Source of the DNA: Hyalangium minutum
Lineage (GTDB): Bacteria; Myxococcota; Myxococcia; Myxococcales; Myxococcaceae
Direction of reading: 5' to 3'
NCBI RefSeq assembly: GCF_000737315.1
Contig: NZ_JMCB01000002.1
Location: 20,001-268,000 of the forward strand
DNA length: 248,000 nt
The position numbers were made by a program, and so were the translations under genes. A model generated the notes under the pieces. The model saw nothing but the letters and a program-made list of their open reading frames with translations. It made no database searches and was not told the DNA's origin. Shown piece by piece: positions 178,600 to 192,080 of this stretch; the first letter of the stretch is position 1, and every line of letters begins with the position of its first letter.

Positions 178600-179409
178600 T
178601 CAGTCCATGAGCGCGCGAGCCACCGCCCGGATGTGGATGCGCACCCGCTCGCGGGCGGCGGTGAGCACGGAGGCGTCCGCCGGGTCGTACCCGAGGCACA
178701 GCACCACATCGTCCTCGGGCGCGGCCCTGACGCCCAGCTTCGCGTAGTTGATCATCCGGGAGACGGGCTCTCCCACGGTGTCCGGGGTGAAGCGGCCGAA
178801 GATGGGCGCGTAGGGGCTGCGGTCCGCTGCGGTCTCCTTCAGCGCGAAGAGTCGGCGCACGGCCTCCAGCGCCGCGGGCCGGGCCATCATCGTCTCGGGC
178901 CGGGCCGGGCCTCCCAGCTCGCGCTCGATGAGGCGCAGGCAGCCCCGAACGAACTCCACGTCGGTGATGACGAGGCCGTAGAGGTACCAGTCCGGGCACG
179001 CCGCCTGGACGAGCCGCGCCTGGGCATCCTCGAGCCAGCCGAACGAGGGGCAGGTGAACGTCTCGCAGATGGAGGCGCGGTAGACGCCGCAGTCGCGCAG
179101 ATCTACCCCGCCGGTGACCTTAGGGTGGCCCAGGCAGCCCACCTGGCGCTGCTCGGCATCGATGAAACCCAGCAGGGGGCAGACGCGGACGGCGGGGAAC
179201 AAGGGAGGCTCGTTGCGAGACTCCACGAACTCCTTGGCCGCCGCACGCCAGGCCTCCATCTCCTTGGGTACGTCCCTCAGCTGGGCCGTCTGCTCGGCAA
179301 GCCGCTGGGTGAGCGCCGCGCGCGAGTGGTCCCGGAAGTTGTACAGCCCGCAGCAGGCGCCGCAGGAGGCGCCTCGGCCGGGTTGGCACAGGTGAAAGGA
179401 GACAGTCAC
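178600..179409 (-). CDS. Cys-cluster (Fe-S/Zn) protein
   Basis: SCGACCG, CPLL, C..Y..RA.IC..F.C. Confidence 0.6.
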   Translation of the reverse strand: MTVSFHLCQPGRGASCGACCGLYNFRDHSRAALTQRLAEQTAQLRDVPKEMEAWRAAAKEFVESRNEPPLFPAVRVCPLLGFIDAEQRQVGCLGHPKVTGGVDLRDCGVYRASICETFTCPSFGWLEDAQARLVQAACPDWYLYGLVITDVEFVRGCLRLIERELGGPARPETMMARPAALEAVRRLFALKETAADRSPYAPIFGRFTPDTVGEPVSRMINYAKLGVRAAPEDDVVLCLGYDPADASVLTAARERVRIHIRAVARALMD

Positions 179410-179430
179410 AGCTCTTCCTCTATCAACAAC

Positions 179431-181235
<1,805 letters not shown>

Positions 181236-181236
<1 letters not shown>

Positions 181237-181520
181237 TAGCGTTCGACCTGCACGCCCTTCCAGAAGGCCACGTAGCCGCGGATGTTGCGAGCCGCGTCCT
181301 TGGGCTCGGGGTAGTACCAGGCGGCGTCCTTGTTGACTTGTCCGTCCACCACCACGTCGTAGTAGCTGGCCTCGCCCTTCCAGGCGCAGGTGGTATGCGT
181401 GCTGCTCGGCTGGAAGCGCTCGCGCTTGAGCGCCTCGGGAGGGAAGTAGACGTTGCCCTCCACAACTTCATACCGGTCGCTCTCGGCGAGCACGGCGTTC
181501 TTCCAGATAGCCTTGGCCAT
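181236..181520 (-). CDS. DUF427 family
   Basis: YFPP, TCAWKG.ASY, AAWYY. Confidence 0.9.
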
Positions 181521-181745
181521 GGGTCACCTCCGGAGACAGTTCTGCTCCAGTGGCCCGAGGAGTGCCAGGAGAACCTACCTGCTTGCCAAGCTGGGAGGGA
181601 CTCGCACGGACAGTGCGGGTAGCTGGCGCCTGGTGGGATGCTCGCCCAGGGGGCACTAGGACTTGCGGTCAATTGTCGGGTGGCGGAAAGGGTGTCCTCA
181701 GTTGAAAGGGTCCAGGGCAGCCTGACTGTTAGCGTCTGGCGCCTG

Positions 181746-184343
181746 ATGGACATCCCCCCGTTGCCAGACACCGCGAGCACCCCCGGTTTTGAGGGCCAGG
181801 GGCCGGCGGGCGGCCTCATGAGCGACGCCTTCCGGCTGCTGGCGGAGAGCATTCCCCAGCTCGTGTGGACCACCCGCCCAGATGGTTTCCACGACTACTA
181901 CAACCAGCGCTGGTACGAGTACACGGGGACCACTTCCACGCAGTCGCAGGGCGAGGGGTGGCAGGGGCCCTTCCACCCGGACGACATGCCGGAGGCGCTG
182001 CGGCGGTGGCACCACTCGCTGCGCACGGGTGAGCCCTATGAGACGGAGTACCGCTGCCGCCGCCATGACGGCGTCTACCGCTGGTTCCTGGGCCGGGCCC
182101 AGCCTCTGCGGGATGCGCAGGGGAACATCATCAAATGGTTCGGTACCTGCACGGACATTGACGACCAGAAGCGCGCCGCGGACTCCATGATCTTCCTGGC
182201 CGAGGCGGGGTCGCTGCTGGCCTCCTCTTCGCTGGACTATGAGGCCACGCTCGAGGCCCTCACCCGGCTGGTGGTGCCGCGCTTGGCGGACTGGTGTGGC
182301 GTCGAGATCGTCAACGCGGATGCCTCCACGCGGCAGGTAGGGGTGGCCCACGTGGATCCGGCCAAGGTGCGCTACGCCAAGGAACTGCGCCAGCGCTACC
182401 CGCCGCGCCCGGAAGATGCGCACGGCGTGCTCGAGGTCATCCGCACCGGCAAGGGCGAGTTTCTCCCAGACATCCCGGACGAACTGCTGGTGGCGGGGGC
182501 ACGGGACGCCGAGCACCTGCGCATCGCACGGGAGCTGGGGCTGCGCTCGGCCATGGTCGTACCGCTCACGGCCCGCGGGCGCACGCTGGGGGCGCTCTCG
182601 ATGGTGAATGCCGAGTCTCGCCGGCGCTTCACCCGCGAGGACTTCACATTGGCCGAGCAACTGGCCACTCGGGCCGCCCTGGCGGTGGACACCGCGAGGC
182701 TGTACCGCGATGCGCTGCACGCGGAGGAGCGCTTTCGCTCCCTCGTCACCGCCACGGCCCAGGCTGTGTGGGTGACGAGCCCAGAGGGAGTGGTGCAGGA
182801 GGACTCGCCCTCCTGGCGAGCCTTCACCGGCCAGAGCTACGAGGAGTGGAATGGCTTGGGCTGGCTCGACGCGGTCCACCCAGAGGATCGCGAGAAGGCG
182901 GCGCGCGCGTGGCGAGAGGCGGTGGAGCGGCAAGGGGCCTACGAGGTGGAGTACCGGCTGCGCCGTCCGGATGGGAGCTACAGCATCACAGGGGCGCGCG
183001 CGGTGCCTGTCCGGAACGAGAACGGGAGCGTGCGCGAGTGGGTGGGCATCACCACGGACCTGACCGCGCAGCGCGAGGCGGAGGCAGCGGCCCGCAGCCT
183101 TCAGGCCGAGCAAAGTGCCCGGCGCCACGAGGCGCTGCGCGCGGACGTGAGCGAGGCCCTCGCAGGGCAGGGAAGCAAGGCACAGCTCCTCCAGGCGGCC
183201 TGTGAGGCGGTGGTGAGGCACCTGGATGTCGCGCTGGCGCGTGTGTGGCTGTTGGAGCGGGACGCCCCGGAACTGCGGCTGGTAGCCAGCGCGGGGCGCT
183301 CCACGGACCTGGAGGGGGAGCATGCGCGCATCCCCTTGGGGGAGCATCGGCTCGGGCGCATTGCCCACGAGCGCAGGCCGCACATGACGAACGACCTGTG
183401 GCGTGAACCGGAGGCTGCGGATCGGGACTGGGCGCTCCGGGAGGGGTTGCGGTCGCTGGCAGGCTATCCCGTGGTGCTGGCTGAGCAGCTCGTGGGGGTG
183501 TTCGCGGTATTTGGCACCGAGCCCATCTCCCGCGAGGTGGCGGACACGCTCGCCGCGGTGGTGGAGATCATCAACCAGGGGGTGGAGCGCCGCAGGGCCG
183601 AGAGGGACTTGCGCCGGCATGCCGAGGAACTGTCGCGCTCCAATGAGGAGCTGCAGCAATTTGCCTACGTGGCCTCGCATGACCTGCAGGAGCCGCTGCG
183701 GATGGTGGCCAGCTACACGCAACTGCTGGCGCGGCGCTACCGGGGAAAGCTGGACGCGGACGCAGACGAGTTCATTGGCTACGCGGTGGACGGGGTGAAC
183801 CGGATGCAGCGGCTCATCCAGGACCTGCTCGCCTACTCGCGTGTGGGGACGCGAGGGCGGGAGTTCAAGCCATGCGCCGTCGGGCCGGTGGTGCAGCGGG
183901 CGGTGGAGAACCTGCGGAAGGTGATGGAGGAGGTGGGTGGGGAGGTGAGGGTCGGCGAGCTGCCAGCCGTGCTGGGGGACGAGACGCAGCTCATCCAGCT
184001 GTTCCAGAACCTGGTGGCGAACGCACTGAAGTTCCATGGCAAGGCGCCACCGCGGGTGGAGGTGGCGGCGGAGGCGCACGGGCGCGATGGGTGGCGCTTC
184101 ACGGTGAAGGACAACGGGCTGGGGATCGACGCGCAGTACTTCGAGCGCATCTTCATCATCTTCCAGCGGTTGCACGGGCGGGAGGAGTACCCGGGCACGG
184201 GGATTGGGCTGGCGATCTGCAAGAAGATCGTCGAGCGTCACGGAGGACGGATTGGCGTGGAATCTCGGCCGGGTGAGGGCTCCACGTTCTGGTTCACATT
184301 GCCAGCGGTACCTACCGAGGCCTCGGCCTCCAAGGCTTCATAG
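181746..184343 (+). CDS. PAS-GAF-PAS-GAF histidine kinase
   Basis: [15 protein letters not shown]. Confidence 0.92.
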   Translation: MDIPPLPDTASTPGFEGQGPAGGLMSDAFRLLAESIPQLVWTTRPDGFHDYYNQRWYEYTGTTSTQSQGEGWQGPFHPDDMPEALRRWHHSLRTGEPYETEYRCRRHDGVYRWFLGRAQPLRDAQGNIIKWFGTCTDIDDQKRAADSMIFLAEAGSLLASSSLDYEATLEALTRLVVPRLADWCGVEIVNADASTRQVGVAHVDPAKVRYAKELRQRYPPRPEDAHGVLEVIRTGKGEFLPDIPDELLVAGARDAEHLRIARELGLRSAMVVPLTARGRTLGALSMVNAESRRRFTREDFTLAEQLATRAALAVDTARLYRDALHAEERFRSLVTATAQAVWVTSPEGVVQEDSPSWRAFTGQSYEEWNGLGWLDAVHPEDREKAARAWREAVERQGAYEVEYRLRRPDGSYSITGARAVPVRNENGSVREWVGITTDLTAQREAEAAARSLQAEQSARRHEALRADVSEALAGQGSKAQLLQAACEAVVRHLDVALARVWLLERDAPELRLVASAGRSTDLEGEHARIPLGEHRLGRIAHERRPHMTNDLWREPEAADRDWALREGLRSLAGYPVVLAEQLVGVFAVFGTEPISREVADTLAAVVEIINQGVERRRAERDLRRHAEELSRSNEELQQFAYVASHDLQEPLRMVASYTQLLARRYRGKLDADADEFIGYAVDGVNRMQRLIQDLLAYSRVGTRGREFKPCAVGPVVQRAVENLRKVMEEVGGEVRVGELPAVLGDETQLIQLFQNLVANALKFHGKAPPRVEVAAEAHGRDGWRFTVKDNGLGIDAQYFERIFIIFQRLHGREEYPGTGIGLAICKKIVERHGGRIGVESRPGEGSTFWFTLPAVPTEASASKAS

Positions 184344-184345
184344 GC

Positions 184346-184795
184346 ATGAACTTCGAAGAGCACGGCAGGCCGGTGGAGATCCTCCTGGTTGAGGACAATC
184401 CGGGCGATGTCCGGTTGACCATCGAAGCCCTCAAGGAGGGCAAGGTGCGCAATAACCTCTCGGTGGTGAAGGATGGGGTGGAGGCGCTGGCCTTCCTGCG
184501 CCGCGAGGGGACCTTTGCGGGAGCAACCCGTCCGGACCTGATTCTGTTGGACCTGAACCTGCCGAAGAAGGACGGGCGGGAAGTGCTGGCGGAGATCAAG
184601 GACGATGGGACGCTGCGGCGCATCCCCGTGGTGGTTCTGACGACGTCGAAGGCGGAGGAGGACATCCTTCGGACGTACGATCTGCACGCCAATTGCTACA
184701 TCACCAAGCCGGTGGACCTGGAGCAGTTCATCTCGGTGGTCCGGTCAATCGACGATTTCTGGCTGTCGGTGGTCCGGCTGCCTCCGAAGGCGTGA
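184346..184795 (+). CDS. Rcp1-like response regulator
   Basis: [14 protein letters not shown]. Confidence 0.92.
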   Translation: MNFEEHGRPVEILLVEDNPGDVRLTIEALKEGKVRNNLSVVKDGVEALAFLRREGTFAGATRPDLILLDLNLPKKDGREVLAEIKDDGTLRRIPVVVLTTSKAEEDILRTYDLHANCYITKPVDLEQFISVVRSIDDFWLSVVRLPPKA

Positions 184796-184799
184796 GCGC

Positions 184800-185930
184800 A
184801 TGGCTCTTGTGGAACAGGTTCTGAGACTGTTGCTGGTGGAGGACAACCCGGCGGACGCGCGGCTCATTCAGGAGGAACTGCGCGAGGTGCCCTCGGTGCG
184901 CTTCGAGGTGTTGCACGTGATGCGCCTCTCTCAAGCGGAGCGGGTGGTGCGCGAGGCGAAGCTGGACGCGGTGCTGTTGGACCTGTCGCTGCCGGACGGG
185001 CACGGGCTGGGCAACATCTCGCGGTTGCTCCAGGAGGCGCCGGCGGTGCCCCTGGTGGTGCTGACGGGCACGGACGACGAGCAGCTCGCGGTGCAGGCGG
185101 TGCACCAGGGCGCGCAGGACTACCTGGTGAAGGGGCAGGTGACGGGCCCTCTGTTGGTGCGGGCGCTGCGCTACGCGATCGAGCGCAAGCGGGCCGAGGA
185201 GGGGCTCAAGCGCGAGGAGGCACAAAAGCAGACGGCGATCTTCCGTGAGCAGTTCCTGGCCGTCCTCGGGCACGACCTGCGCAATCCGCTGAATGCCATC
185301 TCCGGCAACGCGGGCCTGCTGCTGCGCTACGGAGGGCTGACGGAGCCCCAGCGCAAGGCGGTCAACCGCATCTCCATCTCGTCGGACCGGATGGCGCGGA
185401 TGATCAACGACCTGCTGGACTTCACGCGGGCACGGCTCGGCGGCGGCTATCCGGTGAGCCGGGCGCGGATGAACGTGCACGACGTGCTCCGGCAGGTGGT
185501 GGAGGAACTGGAGGTCGCGCATCCGCAGCGTCGCTTCGAGCTGAGCCTCAGCGGGAACGGCTGGGGAGACTGGGACGCGGACCGGATCGCCCAGGCGGCG
185601 TCGAACTTGGTGGGCAATGCGGTGCAGTACTCGCCCGAGGACACGGTGGTGTCGGTGTCCGCGCACGACGAGGGAGAAGGGATCTGCGTGCAGGTGCACA
185701 ACTTGGGCCTGCCCATCCCCGCGGAGCGGCTGCCCCACATCTTCGATCCGTTCGTGCGAGGCGTCGAAGGCACACGCAACGCGGCGCGCCCGGGGCTGGG
185801 GCTGGGGCTCTACATCACCCACGAGATCGCGCGCGCCCACGGGGGCACGCTGCGGGTGACGTCTACTGAGGCGGATGGCACCCGCTTCTGGATGAACCTG
185901 CCGCGCCATTCGACGATTGCGCCCTTGTAG
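184800..185930 (+). CDS. REC-histidine kinase hybrid
   Basis: GHDLRNP. Confidence 0.9.
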   Translation: MALVEQVLRLLLVEDNPADARLIQEELREVPSVRFEVLHVMRLSQAERVVREAKLDAVLLDLSLPDGHGLGNISRLLQEAPAVPLVVLTGTDDEQLAVQAVHQGAQDYLVKGQVTGPLLVRALRYAIERKRAEEGLKREEAQKQTAIFREQFLAVLGHDLRNPLNAISGNAGLLLRYGGLTEPQRKAVNRISISSDRMARMINDLLDFTRARLGGGYPVSRARMNVHDVLRQVVEELEVAHPQRRFELSLSGNGWGDWDADRIAQAASNLVGNAVQYSPEDTVVSVSAHDEGEGICVQVHNLGLPIPAERLPHIFDPFVRGVEGTRNAARPGLGLGLYITHEIARAHGGTLRVTSTEADGTRFWMNLPRHSTIAPL

Positions 185931-186019
185931 GCATGAGCCTGCTGATTCTTGCTGCAGACAGCCGCTGTATTGGTACGCCGCTCTCTGTCATAGGCAAGTG
186001 GTAGACAGCCTGCGCCACT

Positions 186020-186706
186020 TCAGGTTGGCTGAGACAGTACACGTACGCGGCGACATTCACCGCAGACGAAAAAATAGAAAGCCACCTCTCCAGCGAAAAG
186101 CGGCTGATCGTCACCGAGGAGGCCAGACTTCCCTTCCATTCCCTCGTAGCCGAGACTAGCTGCGTAAGAAAGGTTTCTACCGCATGTGCAAATCGGCGAT
186201 ACAGGGGTTCCTACCCAGAGCGGAGATCCTGCAATCCTGAGAAATCCTTCGCCGCCTAAGAACTCATCACATGCGGACCAATAGCGATCCTCAGTCTCAG
186301 GGATCTCTTGCTCTTTCATCGGCCTGAGTTCGATCGGTCGTTCAGGCAAGGGGTCTGGAAGACGGTCTTCAATAGGGAGCAACTCGTCAACTGAACAATC
186401 CCCCTGAGCCCAATGGATCCGCCTTGATCGACTGTCGAACACATATTCTTGTACTGGCAGGTGTGAAGCGCAGTTCAAGAAAGTTATCAACGGCAGATGC
186501 GCAGTGTCTCTTGGAATGAAAGGGAAAAGGTAGGGCGCTCTCTTTAGATCGAGGGTGAGGAGTATAGAAGGCCGCGCCGGCCCAGAGAACGCCCCCTCAA
186601 TTGCCCAGGATTGTCCGCCAAAACAATGCGCAGAATCTTTTGAGCCAAGGACACCGATCCAACCGGGAATGGCTAGGGGCGGCCCCCATTTGAGAGAAAA
186701 GTTCAT
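186020..186706 (-). CDS. putative Rhs immunity protein
   Basis: Directly downstream of Rhs; lower GC; Cys pairs. Confidence 0.6.
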   Translation of the reverse strand: MNFSLKWGPPLAIPGWIGVLGSKDSAHCFGGQSWAIEGAFSGPARPSILLTLDLKRAPYLFPFIPRDTAHLPLITFLNCASHLPVQEYVFDSRSRRIHWAQGDCSVDELLPIEDRLPDPLPERPIELRPMKEQEIPETEDRYWSACDEFLGGEGFLRIAGSPLWVGTPVSPICTCGRNLSYAASLGYEGMEGKSGLLGDDQPLFAGEVAFYFFVCGECRRVRVLSQPT

Positions 186707-186725
186707 ATCATTATCCCCGTGCACT

Positions 186726-189700
186726 CTAGCAGTCCTTCTTCCGCCGGATGTGATACTCGGGGAGCGTCTTGGCGTAGTCAAGCATCTCGCGTAGGCCCTT
186801 ATTGTATTTTCCGCCGAAGAGCTTTCTGACATCACGAATGTCTTTATACAAGCGCTCCCTGAAGAGCAGGTCTTTGTCAATCCTCATGGTGGCTTTCCCT
186901 TTGCCCGCGAACGTCCGGGTGAGCGCGTGATCTGCGTCGGTCATTCCCAGAGCGGGACCTTTGCCCCGGGAAAGCTTGATCTGTTCGAGGAATCTGTTCT
187001 GCGGCATGTGGTGTCCCACCTCGCCTGACTTCTTCAGGGCGTCAAGGACCCTAAAAGCCCCGCCTCTGTTGATGATGCCCATCAACCCCAGCGGGTCCAT
187101 CCAACAGAGCGGATCCGAAACGTACGCGTAAAGGTCTAACCCACCTTCAATCCTGATCGGATCCTGGCTGATGTATCGGCCGATGGAAGGGTCGTAGTAG
187201 CGGTGATAGTTATAATAGAGGCCAGTCTCACCATCCTCATACTGGCCTGGCCACCTCCAGGGACAAGTCGTTCGATAGGTCTCTGTACTGGCAACCCCGA
187301 GGATGTCTAGATGAGACCGCCAAGCTAGGCTCCCAGATTCATCATAGAGTTCCGTTGGCGAGCCAAGTTGATCCGTTACGGCCCAATATCGGCCCGAGGA
187401 GTCTTCTTTGCCGAGGAGCGCAAAGCTTTCCGGCTCAAAGAGCCAGGTTGTGATTCCAGAGTTGCTCGATATCTCATGCAGGACGGCATCCTGATCCCAT
187501 ACCCAGTGGGTCGATGATGATGACTTCTCGGGCCCGCTGACTGTCTTTACGAAGCAACGCTTGCTGATGCGCCTTCCGAATGGATCGTAGGTGAAGTGGA
187601 CACGTAGCCCATCGGAGCGTTTTGCTTCTCTCAAGGTGCCAGCGTCATCCCAGCTGTATTGCCAGGCCATGCCGCCGGGGACAGACTTCCTGATGAGATT
187701 GCCATCGGCATCATAAGTACACTGAACTCCGTGGCCACTTGAAAACTGTCCGCCGGGAAGATTGAAACAGGCTCCCTCCGGGGGATTGCGAGCAGTCCCA
187801 GTAGTACTGTGGCGGGTCTGTCCGTCTGGGTAATGAGCACTCGCAAGGCGGCCATGCAGGTCGTACTCGAAGCGTGTCGTGCCACGGGCCAAGTCGTCAA
187901 TATGGTTGAGGGTGGAGTCGCTCCGCCAAGCGAAAGACCGTTGTTCGAGTAGACCCTGGCTTCCATGGGTTCGTTGCTCAAGGGGCTCGCCGAGCGCTCC
188001 CCGAGCCCATCTGACCATGACGTTGCAAGGGAGATTTCTCCCTAGCTCAAGACCTGCTGGATCCCGGCTGAAAGCCACCTCCCAAGAGCGTTCTCGGCTA
188101 CCGTAGTGGAAGGACGCGACATCTCCTAACACGCTGCGCTTGATGAGTTGCTTGGCTCCATGTGAACTGCTCAGTTCAACGCGTTCGCCCATGGTGTCAT
188201 AGCGCGCTTTAATCCACGACTCCCCGCTCCTCTCTTCGATCAGGCGTCCGAGAGCATCGTGTTGAAAGGAGATGTTGACGTGCTCGTTCTGTGCGGCGCT
188301 GATAACACCGTCGGGCCTGTATTTGAATCTACGGAAAGAGTTGTCGGAGTATCTTACATGGGTGGGGCGCCCCATAGGGTCATACTCATACGTACTTGAG
188401 CGCCCGCTGGGGAGTTGCTCGCGTGCGAGGCGGCCCGCGAGGTCGTATGAATAGGTGCGAATGGCCCCATCAAAACCGATCTCGCGGGAAACCAAGCCTC
188501 GAGGGTCGAGTTCGAACACGAGCCGTTCTCCGTGTTCGTTCACCACCGCGACCAAGTTGTCTTCGGTGTCGTACTCGTAGCGGATGCGCCTCCCCGATTG
188601 CTCAACGGAGGCAAGCTTGTGGAAACCGACATACCCCAGATGTACGGTCTCATGAGGATCGGCAATCTCCAGAAGGTAGCCCTCCGGGTTGTATTTCAGA
188701 TCATAGATGGTGCCATTGGTCTCTGCGATGCGGGTTTGCCGCCCAAGAGCATCGTACCCAATAAGTTGCTCGGCTCCTGATGGATCGCGCGCATTGATAA
188801 TACGTCCAAGACGATCATACTTGTAGACCGTCTTGGTGCCATCGGGTGCGGTAATACAGGTGAGATTTTTGTAACTGTCGTACTCGAAAGCTGCGCATTG
188901 TCCCTCCGGACCAGTGACGAGCGCGAGCAACCCCCCGGAGTAGTGATACTCGTAGAGTGCCCCTTGTGGATTCGTCCTTGCTATGAGGTTTCCACGGAGA
189001 TCATGCCTCCAGTTCCATACGCCACCCGTCGTATCAATAGCTCCAGTTAATAGGTTTCTTGAGTCGTATGAAAGAGTGAATGATGAGTCATCAGGTAAGT
189101 GGATTTTGACGCGGTTGCCGCGGGAGTCGTACTCAAAGTGAGTCTCATGACCATGAGGATTGACCGCGAGAGTTTGGCGCAAGAATTGGTCGTACTCGTG
189201 TTTCCATTCCCCGCCTAGGGGATCAATCTCTCTGACAACGAGTCCTTGCCTACAATGATAGGTGGTTGTGTGGCCAAGGGAGTTCGTGACGAGCGTGATC
189301 TCATGTGTCTTGTCATACGCAAGGCTGTGGTCGTATATCCCCCCATCGCCCCAGGTTCGGATGCACCAGGCCTCTGCGGTTTTTCCATCGTACTCAAAGT
189401 GAAAGCTCAAGCCTGAACGATCTGTTTCTCGGGTCAGTAAGTGGTTGCTGTATGTGTAGCGAAAGTGATTGCCGAGCGCGTCAGAGGCCTCGAGCAAGTC
189501 ACCTGCGTCGGAATAGTGGTAATGGTTGTGAAGGACCAACCCCGGTTGGGTAGGATGCGGCAGCCATACTTTTGTAAGCCGGTGGTTATTATCGTGCTCA
189601 AAACGCACGCGCCGATCTACAGAGTCTGTGAGCCACTCTAAGCACCCATGCTCGTCGTACTTGTAAGTGATGAAGTCGCCCTGGCGATTTTGTGATCTCA

Positions 189701-190757
189701 CCACGTGATATCGCCCTTGAGGTACCAACTGACGGAAGTCGTGTACCAACCCGTCATGCGTCTCAATGGACCAACGCGACTCACTCAGGCGTCTCAAGGT
189801 TAAGCGATTGATAGGGTCATGGATTTCAGTGCCTACAGGCATTCTCCCTCGTGGAGCGCCTGTGGCAGGGAACTCGATCTCGCGCCCATCTTCGGAGCGG
189901 TAGACGACCTGTGCATCTTCTTCCCAGACGGCCATGTCAAGAGAGTGGCTCCATCCGTATCCCAGCGTGGAATCTCTCCAGGAGAGACTTGAAGAGTAAT
190001 TGCGTTCGAATTTGAGAGGGAGCGGCCCTGGAATCTCCCAGTCCAAAGCCTCGGTGACCGTTCTACCCGTGGCGACATCCACGGGATGTCCCGTGAAGTT
190101 GCAAATGCGCTTATGGATCCAGTCGCGCGCGCGTTTGCTCAACTTAAGCTTGTCCATCAGCTTGTCGGCCGCCTTGTGGATACGATCTGACAGCTTTTTC
190201 ATCTTGCGGCTGGCTTTTTGTAGTTTGCGCAGCTTTTTGAGCCCTTTGAGAAGTGCTCCCAACGCGAACTGCGTCAGCATTCCCATCAGAGAGATGGTTG
190301 GCGGTCCCCCCACGCGGACAGGCGGTCCGGCGGGGATGGAGAGGACGATGGAAGAGGGCAGCAGGAGTGTTTTCGCAGCCGGGCCACGCTTTCTCGGGGG
190401 AGAGGGCATGCCAATGTCCTGGCAGCTGAGGACCGGCAGCGTCATATTGGTGAAGGCATCCCCATCTACCGCCACCGTGGCGCTGCCCATGAAAGTCTCA
190501 TTCTCATTGGCGGGCGGCTTAGCGAAGACGCCTCCGATGGGGAAGTGTGGTGGGAGTTCGACGCCTCCCGTGCCAGCCTGGGCCCGCGGCAGGAAGTTCA
190601 CGTTCACCGTGGAACCGATGACGGGGATGTAATCGAATGGATCGAACACCATCCCGATGTGTGGATGGGGAATCGGTATCACTGGCCCAGGAGGGGTAAT
190701 GATGAGGTGAATATCCACTCCCAGGATGGGATCCATGTGCTTTGTCGCTGGCATCAT
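186726..190757 (-). CDS. PAAR-like-DUF6531-Rhs toxin
   Basis: GHPVDVATG, YD repeats, PGQYED, DPLGL, C-terminal GHHMPQ domain. Confidence 0.92.
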   Translation of the reverse strand: MMPATKHMDPILGVDIHLIITPPGPVIPIPHPHIGMVFDPFDYIPVIGSTVNVNFLPRAQAGTGGVELPPHFPIGGVFAKPPANENETFMGSATVAVDGDAFTNMTLPVLSCQDIGMPSPPRKRGPAAKTLLLPSSIVLSIPAGPPVRVGGPPTISLMGMLTQFALGALLKGLKKLRKLQKASRKMKKLSDRIHKAADKLMDKLKLSKRARDWIHKRICNFTGHPVDVATGRTVTEALDWEIPGPLPLKFERNYSSSLSWRDSTLGYGWSHSLDMAVWEEDAQVVYRSEDGREIEFPATGAPRGRMPVGTEIHDPINRLTLRRLSESRWSIETHDGLVHDFRQLVPQGRYHVVRSQNRQGDFITYKYDEHGCLEWLTDSVDRRVRFEHDNNHRLTKVWLPHPTQPGLVLHNHYHYSDAGDLLEASDALGNHFRYTYSNHLLTRETDRSGLSFHFEYDGKTAEAWCIRTWGDGGIYDHSLAYDKTHEITLVTNSLGHTTTYHCRQGLVVREIDPLGGEWKHEYDQFLRQTLAVNPHGHETHFEYDSRGNRVKIHLPDDSSFTLSYDSRNLLTGAIDTTGGVWNWRHDLRGNLIARTNPQGALYEYHYSGGLLALVTGPEGQCAAFEYDSYKNLTCITAPDGTKTVYKYDRLGRIINARDPSGAEQLIGYDALGRQTRIAETNGTIYDLKYNPEGYLLEIADPHETVHLGYVGFHKLASVEQSGRRIRYEYDTEDNLVAVVNEHGERLVFELDPRGLVSREIGFDGAIRTYSYDLAGRLAREQLPSGRSSTYEYDPMGRPTHVRYSDNSFRRFKYRPDGVISAAQNEHVNISFQHDALGRLIEERSGESWIKARYDTMGERVELSSSHGAKQLIKRSVLGDVASFHYGSRERSWEVAFSRDPAGLELGRNLPCNVMVRWARGALGEPLEQRTHGSQGLLEQRSFAWRSDSTLNHIDDLARGTTRFEYDLHGRLASAHYPDGQTRHSTTGTARNPPEGACFNLPGGQFSSGHGVQCTYDADGNLIRKSVPGGMAWQYSWDDAGTLREAKRSDGLRVHFTYDPFGRRISKRCFVKTVSGPEKSSSSTHWVWDQDAVLHEISSNSGITTWLFEPESFALLGKEDSSGRYWAVTDQLGSPTELYDESGSLAWRSHLDILGVASTETYRTTCPWRWPGQYEDGETGLYYNYHRYYDPSIGRYISQDPIRIEGGLDLYAYVSDPLCWMDPLGLMGIINRGGAFRVLDALKKSGEVGHHMPQNRFLEQIKLSRGKGPALGMTDADHALTRTFAGKGKATMRIDKDLLFRERLYKDIRDVRKLFGGKYNKGLREMLDYAKTLPEYHIRRKKDC

Positions 190758-192052
190758 GAGGCCTGACCTCCCTTGGTGTTCTTTGGCCGCCAATCCTCGC
190801 CAAGTACGGAGGCGATGGAGGATTCCAGTTCGTGCTCGCCAGGGCGGCCGCGACCGAGTCTCAGCAGCGCCTCACCTACGTAGGGGAGTGTCGAGCTGGC
190901 GCGCGCTTCATCATTCATGGAGCTACCAACCTCCCAAGCACGCTGGCTGAGAGCCCAAGCTTGGTCCGGCTCTCGGGCCATTTCCCGGCACCAGCTCGCC
191001 ATTCGCCAGCACTCGAGTTCCATGGGCGGATCCTTGAGCTCATGAGCCAGAGAGGCCGTGCCCTGGTAGAGCGTGGCGGCTTGTGTGTACTGCTCGGTTG
191101 CCACCAGCGCGGCTCCTTGTGCCATGCGCGACTTGAGCCGCAGCGTTGCTCCTTGAGGATTTCCCTGTTCCTCAGCAGCGGCCGCTGCCGTCTCGGCTTG
191201 TTGATAACGGCTCAGCGCTTCCTGGGGCTTTTGGGTTGCGAGGAGTGCACTGCCCATGACGAAGTGAGCTGTCACCACCAGCGGGTGCCAGCCTTGTGAG
191301 TGCGCCAGCTCCACGGCCTGGGCGCCCAGCCGCTCTGTCTTCGCGGTATCTCCCTTCGACGCGGCATGGCTCATGCGGACGAAGAGATCCCTGAACTGCC
191401 CTCCAGGCGTATTCAGCTGACCTGCCTCCTTCGAGAGTTCCTCCAGGGCTCTTCCCATCTCCAGCCGTGCCACCTGGGTGACGACCCTCTCCGGAAGGGC
191501 TTGGGCCAGGGGCTCCAGCGCGAGAGTCCGGGCGTCATCGAGCACCACGATGCGAACGTGAGTGGCCTGGGCGTTTTCGACGGTCTGGCGCAGCCACTTC
191601 AGCCAAGCACCGTCATCCGCGACGTACTTCGGTATTAGTACGGCGACGAGGTGTTCGCACAAGCTTGCGTAGTGCTCTCGCAACGATGCGCATACCATGA
191701 GAAAAGTGTCCGCGTCCGACTGCCCTCCTGAGAGCGTTGGACACTGCCAATTCGCAGGCAAGCCTGCCTCCGCTAGCCCAACTCGGCTCTCTTGCTCCAT
191801 GGAGAGCAGGGCCTCGCGCAGTTCATCCCCGTACTTGGCTGGGTTCAGGAAGGGAATATCGAAGCGCAGGAAGAGGTCTGGGATCTCGCCCGTGCGCTCG
191901 TCACTCTCCGCCGCCAGAAAGGCTTCCACCATCCGCACTTCGCTCGATTCCACCACCCAACGCAGCAGGCGTGCATCAGGTATCTGGGCGAACTCTGTCC
192001 ATTGGTCATGAAGCAGTTCCAGTCGTTTCATGACTGCGTTCTTCTTGCTCAT
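190754..192052 (-). CDS. hypothetical protein between vgrG and rhs (candidate adaptor)
   Basis: ATGA coupling to rhs; TPR-like C-terminus. Confidence 0.6.
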   Translation of the reverse strand: MSKKNAVMKRLELLHDQWTEFAQIPDARLLRWVVESSEVRMVEAFLAAESDERTGEIPDLFLRFDIPFLNPAKYGDELREALLSMEQESRVGLAEAGLPANWQCPTLSGGQSDADTFLMVCASLREHYASLCEHLVAVLIPKYVADDGAWLKWLRQTVENAQATHVRIVVLDDARTLALEPLAQALPERVVTQVARLEMGRALEELSKEAGQLNTPGGQFRDLFVRMSHAASKGDTAKTERLGAQAVELAHSQGWHPLVVTAHFVMGSALLATQKPQEALSRYQQAETAAAAAEEQGNPQGATLRLKSRMAQGAALVATEQYTQAATLYQGTASLAHELKDPPMELECWRMASWCREMAREPDQAWALSQRAWEVGSSMNDEARASSTLPYVGEALLRLGRGRPGEHELESSIASVLGEDWRPKNTKGGQAS

Positions 192053-192080
192053 GGGGGGCTCCGAGGGCTTTCCCACGCGG

